From: Piedraia hortae CBS 480.64
Lineage: Eukaryota
Assembly (NCBI GenBank): GCA_010093745.1
Contig: MU005999.1
Span: 55,809 to 119,808, forward strand
Length of the DNA: 64,000 nucleotides
Reading direction: 5' to 3'
Under the pieces are notes generated by a model. It saw only the letters and a list, made by a program, of their open reading frames with translations. It was not told the origin of the DNA and searched no databases. Within the stretch, counting starts at the first letter, position 1, and each line of letters begins with the position of its first letter. Made by a program: the position numbers and the translations under genes. Of the stretch, positions 1-12,212 are shown piece by piece.

Positions 1-3000
1 AAAGTCGTCCATGAAGGCGAGAATTTGAGTTACACCCTGGGCTTTGACAACTTGTATCCGCACCGCAGACGCTTGCCATTTCAATGGGATGGGAACAACC
101 ATCATACGGCGGGCAATGCCAAATGTGCTTGCTGCGCCATCGTACTGCACCTTGTAGCCTGTAATGGAAAATTGAAACAAATGAAGGTCGGCGAGAGAGG
201 AAAATGTGTAGGTGCGAATGGTGGATACCGTCTGGGACGTCTTGACGAGTTCCGTCAGTCGTTCCAGCACGGCCGGAGAACACTGACGAGTGTCGATTGC
301 AATCGTAAGACGACGCGGTGCACGCAGCATCTGGATCGTAGGCGTCGGTTCGCCAGCCGCCAGCCGCAAGAGCATCTCGCCCTTGTCGAGGTTCAGCCGG
401 TCGGTAATGCAGCCGCCTGCGTGCCTGGCAACAATCCGGAGATGTTCAGATTCAACAGTAGGCGGAGGCCGTCCATCCACGTACTGTTCATTCGTCACTC
501 CGAGCCGCTGCCATTGGAGCGATGCCAGTTCACGACATTCCTGTGGAGCTCCAACCATTTCAACATTCAATCCCTTCAATGTCATCTTCCCTATTATGGC
601 TTCATCAGGCCCAACCGAGAGGCCTGTAAGCAAATCGTAAAGCGTCTGTCTGCTGTCGATATCTGGAAAGACGAGCAGAACCCTGACCTGCCGTCCGTCC
701 TCTTGCAGTCGCAGCACCATGGCTGCACTGCCGCCTGCAGCAGAATCTGTGATGAACTCAACTAACAGAGGCGACTTGGAGCAGACTTCATGGCTGACAC
801 AGCTCGGAATCTTGTAGCTGGGGTCGGTGACCAGCAGCAGGCGGAAGCCCTGGTGCATCTTCCGCACCGCTCCGCCCTCGCTGTGGTCCGAATGCTTCTC
901 CAACAGCATGGCAGTGCAGCCGCGGATCTTGTCGGCCGGGAACTTGGACGCATCCGAAGGGTCTGCGTACTGCAGCTCTACCAAACGCACCTCGTGCACT
1001 AATTCCTCATCTCGCTCCTGGCGGAAGCTGCTCACAACCCGGCGGCACGATTCCACCTTGTTCCAGAGGGAACGGAAGTCGCTTTCGTGCATCTTGATGC
1101 ATAAGCTAAAGCCCTGCGGCAGGCTAATGATGATCGAATGAGCGTGCGCCTTCCATGAAACGTCTTTCCACGTCAACCCTCTCCTGGCACCGTACGGCCC
1201 AATGCGAAGGTTGACGGCGTCGTTTTGGCTGGCCAGCGTAAACCCCATCTGATACTCTCGTTTGCCGCGGATGGCTGACAGTATGCAAGGAAATGGAACG
1301 CGATCCGTCTTGGGATCATCTGTATGGACAAAAGCCTCGACCGAATATCGTCCGTGGCAAAACGAGTCCCGTGTGTCACCTAGGGGCAGCATATCAAGCG
1401 CCGAACCGCGACCCAATACCGCCATAACATCTGGACCAAAGCGCGGGTATTCGATCCACACCTGAGGGTCTTGGCCGTGGATCAACGATGGCTGCGGCGG
1501 CATCAACTGGTTCCGCTGCAGCGAAGTTGTAAGAGACTTGAGGTACCCACGTAGGAGCATGACGGAGCGGCGCAGAACCATGTCTGGCATCCCATTAACG
1601 GGCGCTACAGACTCGGATATGTCATAAGGGCTCAGGGGATCGGATATAATCCACCAGGCCTTGGCCAGGTCGACGTGCGGCTGCGTCAACATCTCCCTCG
1701 GAGGCTCGTGGCTTTTGGATCTTTGCTGGAGGAGAACTTCCAGCCCCGACTTGCCCTTCAGATACCACCACACCGACGCCCGCAGCCAGGCCTCCGGAGC
1801 ACAGCTCTCTACCGCCCGCACTTTCTCCGACGCCAGTCGGAATACTTCCATGAGGTGCTTTACACGGCTCGCCCAGTCCGCCAGCGCCAAGTCTCCGCTT
1901 GTCTCACCGGGAGACGCAGAGGCAGAACCATAGCGAGGGGCAGCCGACGTTCTTTGGGCATAGCCCGCCGATATGTAGTCAGGGTCGTTGAGAGCCCGAC
2001 GAGCAGGCGTGAAGGGGGCAGAAAGCGAAGGCGGAGAGCTGTTCTTACGTAGTCTGATGTCTTCCTGGCTAGCCTCACGAGACTCCCGGCGTCCGTCTGG
2101 TATGAGCCAATTGGAGCCTCTGGTCCGCGGATTGCTAGGCAGACTCGACGGCAAATCGGGGCTTTGCGGCCCTGCCGAGTAGAAACTGTCAGCAGATGCC
2201 TGCGTATTCAGTGCCGGCATCTGCGGGGCGGCTTGGTCATGCGTCTTGTCAGGCGACGAGTTTCTGATATCCGGCTGCACGCCAGAAGTCCGCCGGCTGA
2301 TGTAATTGGGCTGGTAATTTGCGCGAGACTGCCTCAGCGACCTTAGGGGGCTCTCTGGCTGCGGCTGGGGAGCCTCTGTTGGCACACTTTGAGGGCTCTC
2401 GTTCCGCAGCTCGCCGGACAAATCAAACGACCGCCGCGGGCTCTTTGGGACCGAAATTGGCAGGGAACTGGGTGGAGTGGAAAGCCGCTGCTTGGGCGGA
2501 GAGTTCTGCCGCTCGTCCGCATCCACCGACGCCTTGCGCATTTCGTTGAGCAAGTCTGCGTACGGCGACGCTCCGGCCTGGGTGCTGTCGCCGAGACCGC
2601 ACATGTACAGCGCACTGGCACGGCGGAGGGCCATGCCTTCGTTTGACATCATGTCTCGCCGCCGCCGTCGGGTGTTGGACGACACGGGTGATGTGGAATA
2701 GGTGGCTTGCCGGCTGCGCGCATGATCGTGGAGCGGCATGGGCTGGTCATCTTCCTCGCCGTCCGCCGACTGAACCGAGATGGCCGGATGAAACGAGTCG
2801 TCGTCGGCCGGTGGCTCCGGTGGTGGCTCCGGTAGCGGCTTTGCCGACGTCTTGCCTGCCGCTCTACCAACAGCGGCCGCAGGCTCCGAGGCCTCATCTC
2901 CGCCCTCACCGATTATCTCGGGCGCCGAAGACACAAACGACACCGCCAGCCCCTCTCTTCGCCGCGGTTTCGTCCAGCCGTTGACGTTGGCTGACGCCTG

Positions 3001-3228
3001 CTGGACCGCTTTCAACTCCTGCATGCCCGGCCATTGTGCACCGGCCGAGGCGGCGCGTGGCTTGGCGCTCTCGACCCGGTCCGTTGATGGTTTCAGAAAG
3101 TCGACGACGTCCTCGTTCAACTTGAATTTGGTCGATGACGACGACGGCTCGGCGTCGCGGAAGACCTTTCCCCACTTACTCAAGCTGCGGAAGCGCGACC
3201 GCGTCGATCCGCGGTTCTCGTCGGCCAT
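1..3228 (-). CDS. Large conserved fungal hypothetical protein, 3' end runs off the window (>1076 aa)
   Basis: ATG at 3228 in a CCGCCATGG context gives MADENRGSTRSRFRSLSKWGKVFRD...RRREGLAVSFVSSAPEIIGEGGDE...ITDRLNLDKGE...QILAFMDDF. The frame read at the start, middle and window edge is consistent. It is missing from the ORF track because no stop lies inside the window. From memory it resembles fungal DUF7611-7614-type proteins (unverified). Confidence 0.8.
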   Translation of the reverse strand, partial: MADENRGSTRSRFRSLSKWGKVFRDAEPSSSSTKFKLNEDVVDFLKPSTDRVESAKPRAASAGAQWPGMQELKAVQQASANVNGWTKPRRREGLAVSFVSSAPEIIGEGGDEASEPAAAVGRAAGKTSAKPLPEPPPEPPADDDSFHPAISVQSADGEEDDQPMPLHDHARSRQATYSTSPVSSNTRRRRRDMMSNEGMALRRASALYMCGLGDSTQAGASPYADLLNEMRKASVDADERQNSPPKQRLSTPPSSLPISVPKSPRRSFDLSGELRNESPQSVPTEAPQPQPESPLRSLRQSRANYQPNYISRRTSGVQPDIRNSSPDKTHDQAAPQMPALNTQASADSFYSAGPQSPDLPSSLPSNPRTRGSNWLIPDGRRESREASQEDIRLRKNSSPPSLSAPFTPARRALNDPDYISAGYAQRTSAAPRYGSASASPGETSGDLALADWASRVKHLMEVFRLASEKVRAVESCAPEAWLRASVWWYLKGKSGLEVLLQQRSKSHEPPREMLTQPHVDLAKAWWIISDPLSPYDISESVAPVNGMPDMVLRRSVMLLRGYLKSLTTSLQRNQLMPPQPSLIHGQDPQVWIEYPRFGPDVMAVLGRGSALDMLPLGDTRDSFCHGRYSVEAFVHTDDPKTDRVPFPCILSAIRGKREYQMGFTLASQNDAVNLRIGPYGARRGLTWKDVSWKAHAHSIIISLPQGFSLCIKMHESDFRSLWNKVESCRRVVSSFRQERDEELVHEVRLVELQYADPSDASKFPADKIRGCTAMLLEKHSDHSEGGAVRKMHQGFRLLLVTDPSYKIPSCVSHEVCSKSPLLVEFITDSAAGGSAAMVLRLQEDGRQVRVLLVFPDIDSRQTLYDLLTGLSVGPDEAIIGKMTLKGLNVEMVGAPQECRELASLQWQRLGVTNEQYVDGRPPPTVESEHLRIVARHAGGCITDRLNLDKGEMLLRLAAGEPTPTIQMLRAPRRLTIAIDTRQCSPAVLERLTELVKTSQTVSTIRTYTFSSLADLHLFQFSITGYKVQYDGAASTFGIARRMMVVPIPLKWQASAVRIQVVKAQGVTQILAFMDDF

Positions 3229-3730
3229 GGCGGCGGTGAGCGGTGAGCTGTGGGCGACGGACCGGCGTCAAATACAGATGATACGATACAAACCGTTGTA
3301 CGCATCTGCCTTCCCCGCCCCCGGTTATCAGCGTTATCTGTGCACGTGTTCAGCCCTTGCCCGTATTCTTCCATACGCCTTGCCCCCCGTCTCCCCACTG
3401 TCCGCTATGTGCAATGTGGGGACCCGACCTGCCGGGGTGTTGTCAGGGTCCAGTGCCTGCAGCGAGCGCCTTGCCCCTTTGGGCTGGGTTTCCATTTTTG
3501 ACAGCTGTTATGTTACATTGCGCAGCTTGTGTAACATGTGTGACGTCGTCGACCGCGTGAACACTTCCGTAATTACGCCGTTAACGTGGGCAGCCAATGG
3601 CGCTGCGTGAAAAGATTGCTATGGCCGTCCTAGCCTCGCTTCTGCCAAGGCTGCAAAGTATAAGTTTGTAGCATTCCCGTAGAAGTTCTTTGCATTCTCC
3701 TCCACTTCAATACGATACCGATAGCCCCAA

Positions 3731-4279
3731 ATGAGAGACCTATTCGTCGCATTGTTTCCTCTCACCACATCCAAGCCGCAAAGCTCGGAGCCCAAAGACA
3801 GGTCTGCTGACTTTTTAATCTAAAGGAAGAAGCTCCTGACAGTTGACAGTTACGACTGGTCAGTGGTTGTCGGCTCCCCGGTCGGTTCCAGCCAAGGAGA
3901 AAGAATACGCTGGCACGTAGTGCCCCAGCCCGAAGAAGGCGCACAAACTATATGGAACCTCGAGCGTGATGTCATTGAGGATAAAAAGCCCTTGGCCATG
4001 TTTCTCGTTGCGGGCATCATCAACGAGGAGTTTCTCGAGCGGACATTAAGAGACATGCCAATGAATCCGTGGAACAAGGATGACTGGAACACATGTTTCT
4101 GGGCAAGGGATGCCTTGAAAGCCCTGGAAGACGACAATATATCCCTCGGAGAAGCCAATATAGACTGGGATGCCTTGGTTAAATTTGCTCCCGAATATGC
4201 GTCCCGGAAAGGTGAGCGCGCAGCCGATGCAAGTGTTCCCGTGTGGAGCTACCTGGACGGCAAGGAACTCGTTGAGTGA
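3731..4279 (+). CDS. Small conserved fungal protein (DUF6914-like), one intron
   Basis: ATG at 3731 and a GT-AG intron at 3802-3849 with a CTGAC branch. Spliced product: MRDLFVALF...KDSYDWSVVVG...RWHV...WNTCFWARDALKAL...VPVWSYLDGKELVE. Confidence 0.7.
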
Positions 4280-4575
4280 GTTTCAGCATTTCCCTTCAAT
4301 CCTTCTCATCCTTCATCGTTAGTTAGTCCTCTTCGAGAAGGATGTTGAGCATCCAGGCCGTCTGGGTCAATTCATAAGGGTGGAAACCCATATGTATGTC
4401 AGCACCGCGGTCGAAGTTGTGTATCGTTCTACTAGTGCTTTTTTTATCCATCTGCTTGGTACACTGCAAAAGAAAGGCTGTCGTGTCTGAAGCAACTGTT
4501 GCACGACGATTATCATGAAGCAGTAGTAAGTACCACGGTACAGGATATGTGGACTCGGTACTCTCACTATGACAG

Positions 4576-4623
4576 TTTTTTTTTTTGGATTGGGGGTGGG
4601 GGGGGGGGGGGGGGGGGGGGGGG
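4576..4623. repeat. Homopolymer tracts: T11, then G5-T-G26
   Basis: Directly visible in the sequence. Confidence 0.95.
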
Positions 4624-4969
4624 TAGTGCTGTGCTGGATTAACATTATAGCGCTGGATATCTCTGGAACTACATAGCCTCTTCGTCTCGATAGAAGGCAG
4701 ACGCGGTTTTGTCCCGCGCAGGGATGCTCCCGCATAGAGCTGTATCATGCAGTGACCTTATGCAAGGGACACGCGCACGGTGGGTCGATCCGCGCTGCAT
4801 GATCCAAGACTCGGCATGAACATGCACAGACCTGGAGACTCGAACGACGGTAGGTACCATCTAAGCGAGCCTGTGTGGATAAAAGTCGCGGCAATTGGAT
4901 ACTCAGTCACAGGCACATTTCTGTCATTGTGCGTCAGGACTTGGTAGGATTCTCAACTGCACAGATTGC

Positions 4970-7900
4970 TACTTCACACGATGAAGGCTCATGGAGGACC
5001 TCACAATGCTACCTACCCTCTGCAAACCCATTACTCGTCTAGCGACAGCCATTCCTTGGCACTGGCCTGAAGACGATGGCGGAAGCCCAGCGGAAGATTC
5101 AGAGCCTGCCACTCTTTCACTAAGGCGGCCACCATGGCGTTCACGTCAAAGCCTTCGCTGGTCAGGACTAACTTGATGTGCAACAGTGTTTGGCTCTCGC
5201 CGTCAAAAGAACTCTGCTCACTGTACCAGCGAAAAAAGTCGTTTTAATGCTGTTTGGACGGATCGCTTGTCATCAGCGGGTCTACAAACGCCACCACTGT
5301 GAGCTGGACATTTTTGCTATTGACGCCTTCGCCATACAACATTTCCAAGCAGTTTCCAGCTGGCGGAACATCCGTGCGCACAACCATCACCTCGCGTTTG
5401 TGGACCTTGCTGCCCTGAGGAAGGCTGCGCATCTCAGTCTTCAGCCACTTGTTAAAGTCGGCCATGCACCTGCCCCAGTTCTTGGGTGGCTGTCTGCTGG
5501 AAATAACATCCGGCTCACGGTCCATGAGGCGCCAATCAATGGAGCAGTTATGCTCCTGGGTAGTCAATTCGGCTTCCATATTGTCCGTCGCATTTTGCGT
5601 CTCATTCGACTCGGGCGATGAAATGCTAACTTGGCGGCGGCGGCGTAGTTTCTGACGAGGTGGCTCGTCTTCTTCGGTCTGCGATTCAGGTTCGGTCTCT
5701 AGCTGCGGCTCGGGCGCAGAGATGCGTTTCTTACGCGATTGACGTTTGGGATTGGGCACTTTCTCCGGGTCAGACTGTCGCTGGACGTTCGCCGAACGAC
5801 CACGCAAACGACCACTTCTACGACGCCCCTTCTGTTTACCCACACTACGACCCCCCTTGGCGATCCTCTCGGAAGCCTTACATCTACGGAAGCGCTTAGT
5901 CGACTTTGCAGGCATATACTCTGAGCCATCCGAAGCTATTCCATCCGGGACTCCATCCGGGACTCCATCAAGGATTCCATCAAGAACTCCATCAAGAACT
6001 CCTTCCCCACCGCCCATCGACTCGGTACTGGGGTCCGGTCGTGACATATTTTGGTTTGGCTCTCGTGCAATCTGCGCGCTGATGTCCTTGTCATCCATTC
6101 TCTGCTGGTAAAGACCTATATCCAACGCGGGTTGCTCTATGTTTGCGGGAATGGCAGATGGATCAGACGACGGCAAAGATACCTCACCATCAGCCACGTT
6201 GTCAGCCTGCCACCGATTTGCTATGGCTAAACTGGAAGGTGCTGCCGTGTTGCAGAAGAAGGTTTGGCAGTCGCATGGCACGCCAACTCGAAACTTACGC
6301 ACGGACCGCTCGGAATAGACCGTTGCGGTATACTTCTTCTACGGATAGGGGACAAGGTTCTGTGTGTGTGGCTACTCTAGCTGTTTCTGCTACGATTATG
6401 GGGCCTGTATTCCGCATGTTACAAAAATACGAGTTACGGGCTATAAAAAACTTTCTCCTATATTTTGTTTGCCAATTCCCTCCTCATTGTCTGCCCTCTT
6501 ACGCCGAAGAGATAGATTCAGCCAGCTATCAACCTGCGAAAAGCAATGGTTAATAATGGTTAGCATTGTAGTCTGGGCACAATTCCCTTGCGGTATACAG
6601 TTTTTTTCGGCGGACGCAGTCAAGCGTTGTGCCGGGCTTCCAGACAGCTCGATTTTACACATCACGATCCATAGCAATCCACCCGCAAATCCTCATCTCA
6701 CGGCATGCTGGCTTTTTACAGAATAACTGTATGATGACCCTATCGATCCGTCAACAGATCCTCTGCACAAGATTTGGTCCAAAAATAGGCTTTTCTCTAA
6801 CTTGACTTAACTAGGTGCAGGCAGTCGTTCATGTTCAGAGGTAAAATTCCCCGGGATGCATGTATCTTCCCTACGTGGAAAGTCAGGCCAGAGGGAAATT
6901 CTACTTGGATTGGGGTGACAACCTCTGCATGGCTCGGGAAATGTCTTAGTTCAGTCTCACCAACCCGATCGTTTGGAAGGGCGGATACACTCAACTGGCT
7001 CAAAGTTTTACGGGATGTGCGTATATCTTCAATAGAGAAGGTATTCAGTCCTAGAACGGTGCGAGGCTTCCAATGCCACTCCAGGTTAATCCCCAAAAAT
7101 GTTTTCCCAGGAACACCGCTTCGGAATAAATCAGTGTCATGTACGAGATGAAATTCTCTCATCATATGGATTGAGAGCAGTTTTGTCTGGTTGCCTCCAA
7201 ATCAAATTTTGTTTGCCAGAATTGATACACGATTAAAGAAGGGCTGGTGTTCGCTGTTGATGAACTTCTTGACATTTAGGGAATGTAATTGTGATCAACT
7301 GTGTCATCAAACCCATTTTAACGAGTTATATCTTTTAGTAGGCAGCGAGCAACTAGTGGGTAGCGATAGATTGACGAACACTGATGTTTGCTGTGATGAC
7401 CAGCGACTGTCAAATATTTTATTCAAATTTCCAACCAGCAGTATTGATCGAAATGACGATGGTCAGGTCAGGCAGCTCCCAGCAATGATCAGCGCGAACG
7501 TTGAAACGGTGGTGTAGAAGGAAAGTAAAAGCTTGGCGTACATCGATGTTCTCGAGTTTGATACTATCGTCCTCTTCAAGCCGGTCACTCACCGGAATAG
7601 CGCGCCCGGGGCCACCCTATACAGGAAAACATATTGAGTAAGGGAACTCTCGTGCCAGTTAGAGAAGGATCGTCACGAGAGCTGCAGACGAATAAGACGA
7701 AACCATGGTGTTGACTCCATGCTCTCGATTAGGAGTTACGACTTCGCTGCTCACCTGGAACAAAAATTCTTCAGTCCTAAATCCCACTGGGCTTTCCAAT
7801 AAGCTATGATTTCGCTCTGCACCGTTAGAGGGGTGATCATACGCAGGGGACTGTAAACATATACGCCATTAGACGAAATGTACGAGACCCCAAACTCCAA

Positions 7901-7975
7901 ACTCAACGCTTGAAAGCGAGAGTATGATAAATATGCCATGTCCGCGATTAAGTCATGGGAATCTAACGCACTCAT
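4970..7975 (-). pseudogene. Degraded large gene(s) of unknown function with many premature stops
   Basis: ORFs 5244-6302, 6797-7165 and 7751-7975 are co-oriented. Reading continues in frame past the stops, e.g. PSKQH*NDFFRWYSEQSSFDG and HLVKSS*RKAYFWTKSCAEDLLTDR*GHHTVIL*. Confidence 0.5.
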
Positions 7976-8863
7976 TTGTCTGTTTCGGGTGAGGCGTCAT
8001 TGATCCTACCTCTCGGTCAAACATGAGTAAGAACACCCATTCTTGAGGCAGAGCACCACTCTAAGTTGAATTTACAATCAATATCATCATTCTCCTATCA
8101 AAAGCTCAATGATTGAAACACTGTGTTTCCCCACCCGAGAAAGGATTTGGCGGTGGACCGTAGATTCAGGTGACACGAGGATCATCCATCTGTTTGATTT
8201 TTTAAGTCTACCGTGCTACATCGCCGACAGCGAGTGGCATTTCCAACTACCCCGTTAGAATAATCTCCTGGTAACACCTTGTTGAGATATGTGCCACAGA
8301 TCAGCACTGCAGAGCTTAATGCCATAGAAGAGCTTGAACGGAATTTCTGATTGTGCGGCTCGACTAGTATCATGCTATGAATAGGCCTGATCACGATACG
8401 CGCTTGTATGCCAGCTTGACTTTTTTGATCAGCTCTCGTAAACATGACCAAATCAACAGTCCTGGGGCCGAATGGATAACAGCTGACTCAAGCAATCTGT
8501 AGGGGCCCTAATTATCCCTCGTAGTGATTCCTCTTACCCAGCATAGGTGCCAGAATATGGTTAAAGTGAAGGTTCTCGTCCAACGCAGCCCCAGTCAAGC
8601 TTGGAGCTCGAGAGTGACGTGTGAAGCCTCCCGTATCCATTGAATGCTTTATGAGACCCTGCTATATAGTGTCGCACGGGCAATCCAAGCTCAGCAAAGG
8701 TGGGGTCAAGCTATGAAAGTTTTCCACCGAGGTCATGTTAGCAAATTACAGATAGAATGACAGCGTGGCGAGTCACTGTACTACAGAATGACAGCAACTG
8801 AACACGATGACAAACATCACGTCAAAGCAGACAGCCTCTCATTAGACCGAATCTAAAGTACAT

Positions 8864-9631
8864 TTATGCAGTGCCGCACGCGGTGATGGTGGGCTCACAA
8901 TCCTTCTTGACGGTACCGCTAGAGGAGCCGCACATTTCAAGGCTCTTCACGACACCATACGACTCGGTATCGCCGTCGGGGATCTGTCCAAAGACGACGT
9001 GACGGTCGTCCAACCAGGGAGTGGGGACCGTGGTGATAAAGAACTGGCTTCCATTGGTGTTGGGACCAGCGTTGGCCATGGAGAGCATGAACGGCTTGGT
9101 ATGCTTGAGCTCAAAGTTCTCGTCCTCAAACTTTTCGCCGTAGATTGACTTGCCACCGGTGCCCTGAGCAAGCCTGTCAGAACCTGTTCACTAAACGGCT
9201 AGAGTATACTTACGTTACCGCGGGTGAAGTCACCGCCCTGGAGCATGAAGTCGGGAATGATGCGGTGGAACTTGGAGTCCTTGAAGCCAAAGCCCTTCTC
9301 GCCGGTGCAGAGAGCGCGGAAGTTCTCAGTGGTGCGGGGCACAGTCTTGTCGTAGAGCTCAAAGTTGATGCGGCCGGTGCGAGCTGGATTATGGATTAGC
9401 GGAACTCTCTGCGGTGAAGGGAAGAGACTTACGGGCGCTGCTCTTGTCCGTGCTGGTGACCTTTCCCTGCTCGTTGCAGGTGGCCAGGGGGCCCTTCCAG
9501 CTGATGTCAAAGTAGGCCTTGCTGCTCATGATTGCCGAAGAAGCGTGGAAAGATCGGGTGCAAGAAAGAGGAAATTTGGGTAGTGAGGAAGAAAAGGTGC
9601 GGGAGAGAAGTGAAGAGGAAGCAGAAAGCAT
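8864..9631 (-). CDS. cypA: Cyclophilin A peptidyl-prolyl isomerase with mitochondrial presequence, two introns
   Basis: Motifs [57 protein letters not shown] and WLD.RHVVFG. Introns at 9384-9432 and 9164-9213 splice in frame. Confidence 0.97.
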
Positions 9632-10500
9632 TTTCCCGCTGGCGTCAATGGAGGGGCACTGGACACGGCGGGGTCAGTCGCAAGGGCCCCACTTGTTTCT
9701 TGGCGCGTTGCTTATGACAGACGTACCTTGCCGATCGCTTGATTGTTAATCAGTCCGATGAAAACTGCTGCTCTTGCAACAACAGAACAGCGCTGTAGAC
9801 GATACTCGTACAGCACAACAATGGATCTTGTTGATGAAACGAGGACGAGATGAAAATCTCTGGTCTGGATGAAGGCAAGTTCCGTATGCAGGGACGGGCC
9901 GGGGTTTTTCCGCTTGTTGCCTGGGGATAGAACCCCGCGCCCCGCGATCCGAGATTAGGAACTGCGGCGCAGCTGCGGCGGTCCGAGAGAAGGGGAGCCA
10001 GCTTGTCAAGCAATCCTGATCCGTTGGGACACTGGCGAGAAGGCAATTTTTGCTGCCAGGCTGCACCTAGAGGATTAGCGTTGTTTAACGATGACTGGCT
10101 CAGTTTCAAATGAAACCACAGCGTTGATATCGATGCTGCCTATGTGAACCAGAGTGGGAGGATGACTGTGGTTGAATTAAGGTAGGATGAGACGGCCAAA
10201 TCGTGGCCTTGACTTGTGTCATACGCCAGATGTCAGTGACATGGTTCTCGTTTGTTGGAGTAGAAAGATGTAATCTTATGTCGATGATATCCAAGATCAA
10301 GGCCCTTGAGAGGAATGAGCTACTAGTCTATGCTAAAGGATAAAGAATACTGTGGTGTTCATCTAGACTGTTGTCCGTTGTCTGGATTCCAGATTATGAT
10401 GCCTTGGTGCCTTGGTGCCTTGGTGCCTAAATGCCTGACGCGCACCTAACGTCCACCATAAACATCCCCAACAGCAAAGGCTATTGAACAGTCTACCAGC

Positions 10501-12128
10501 ATGGATTGGAACGATCTGCGCAATCAAGTCAGCAATATCAGCCTGTACGATGTCAAGGCTGGAATCCGCAAAGTGCAAAATGGTTTGTTCGCCCCAACCG
10601 GGCCCGGATTCAGGCTGACTGGGGCGAAGCCGTGATGAACTACACGGAGATGGAGGCCAAAGTGCGAGAAGCAACGAATAACGAGCCGTGGGGCGCATCA
10701 TCAACGCTGATGCAGGAGATTGCCAACGCAACGTTCAATTAGTCTGTCTCCAAGCCTCTTGCCGAGTTCGTAGCTAACCGTTCGTTCAGCCAGCTTCTCA
10801 ATGAGATTATGCCCATGATCTACAAGCGATTTACCGAAAAATCGGCCGAGGAATGGCGTCAGATATACAAGGCTTTGCAGCTGCTGGAGTTTCTCATCAA
10901 GAACGGCGCCGAGCGCGTTATCGACGATGCGCGGGCCCATCTCGGACTACTCCGTCTACTTCGGCAGTTTCACTACATTGACGAAAATGGAAAAGACCAA
11001 GGTGTCAACGTTCGGAACCGCAGCAAGGAGCTAGCGGAGCTCCTCGGCGACGTTGAAAAGATCCGTGCAGAGCGGAAGAAGGCGCGAGCAACGCGCAACA
11101 AGTATCGAGGGGTCGAGGGCGGAGCGGGCATAGGCTCCAGCGGCGGTGGCAGATACGGCGGGTTCGGGAACGAGACTGTTACCTCAGCGTACGGCAGCAC
11201 GTTTGGAGGAAGTACCAGGGCGGTCTACGGGGACGGCGGCGGTTTCGGTGGAGAGACGGACGAATACGAGAGCAGCAGTAGGAGGGGTAGGGCCGAGCGG
11301 TTCGAAGAATATGATGAATTTGACGACAGCGGAGCTCAGGCCACACCGGCACGGCGGCGGACTGAAATGAACAGCACGCCAAAGTCGTCCAAGAAGGCAG
11401 AAGTTGCAAAGCCAAAAGAACCAGAAGTCGATCTTCTCGGGTTCGGGGACGAGCAAGTGGTGCCAGTGTCTTCAACGAAGGCCGCGGCATCCTCAACTGC
11501 GGCATCTTCTACAGCTGTGGACGACGACGATTTCGACGACTTCCAGTCAGCGCCGTCACAACCAGCGGCGGCACTGCAAGCAGCGCCGACGATCGTTAAG
11601 CTGCCAGCACCGACTCTATCCGCAAAACTGCCTGCCCCGTCCCCCTCGAGTTCGTCGGTGTCCAGCATACCCAAGGCCAACTACAGCCCCTTTAATCCTC
11701 CTTCCACGGCACAGAAAGCGCCCGATTTCAGCAATTTGTTCAGCGCAACATCTCCCCCGGCCAGCACAGGTCCAGGTCTCTTGTCGCCGCAGACGACCAA
11801 GTCGACAGGCTCAGGGTTTCAGCCAACGGGCCCCAACTACTTTACCTCGGTTTCCACAGGCACCAGCAGTGCGTCCACGCCTTCTGCTAACGTTATGGGC
11901 GGCAGCGGCGGCATCAGCAGCACGACGGCGGCGAAGAAGCCGCAAACGGATGGTCAGGACGCATTCGCCAGTCTCCTGTCAGGAGTCAAGAAACAAACCA
12001 ATAACACGAAAGGGGCCAAGGTATCTCTGGCTGATATGGCCAAGCAGAAGAGCCAAGCAGCTCTCTACGGAGCAAACGCAAGCAGCAGCGGCAGCGGTGG
12101 AGGAGGAGGGGGGGATCTCCTTGGTTAA
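10501..12128 (+). CDS. ENT3: Epsin-related ENTH-domain protein (Ent3/epsinR), two introns
   Basis: LYDVKAGIRKVQNAVMNYTEMEAKVREATNNEPWG, WRQIYKALQLLEFL and DQGVNVRNR, plus DLL and DFDDF motifs. Introns at 10583-10629 and 10742-10789. Confidence 0.95.
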
Positions 12129-12212
12129 ACCCATTCGTATAGACGTGACATCAGAACACAACCTTTCCAGCAAACTTCATAAAACTCGACGCAGTTCATA
12201 CCGTGGAAAAGT

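Noticed and set aside
25..3610. Plus-strand ORFs (246 aa, 252 aa and others)
   Set aside because: They are antisense shadows of the minus-strand gene 1-3228, which the ORF track missed.
10401..10428. (GCCTTGGT)3 repeat upstream of ENT3
   Set aside because: A simple tandem repeat without spacers, so not CRISPR-like.
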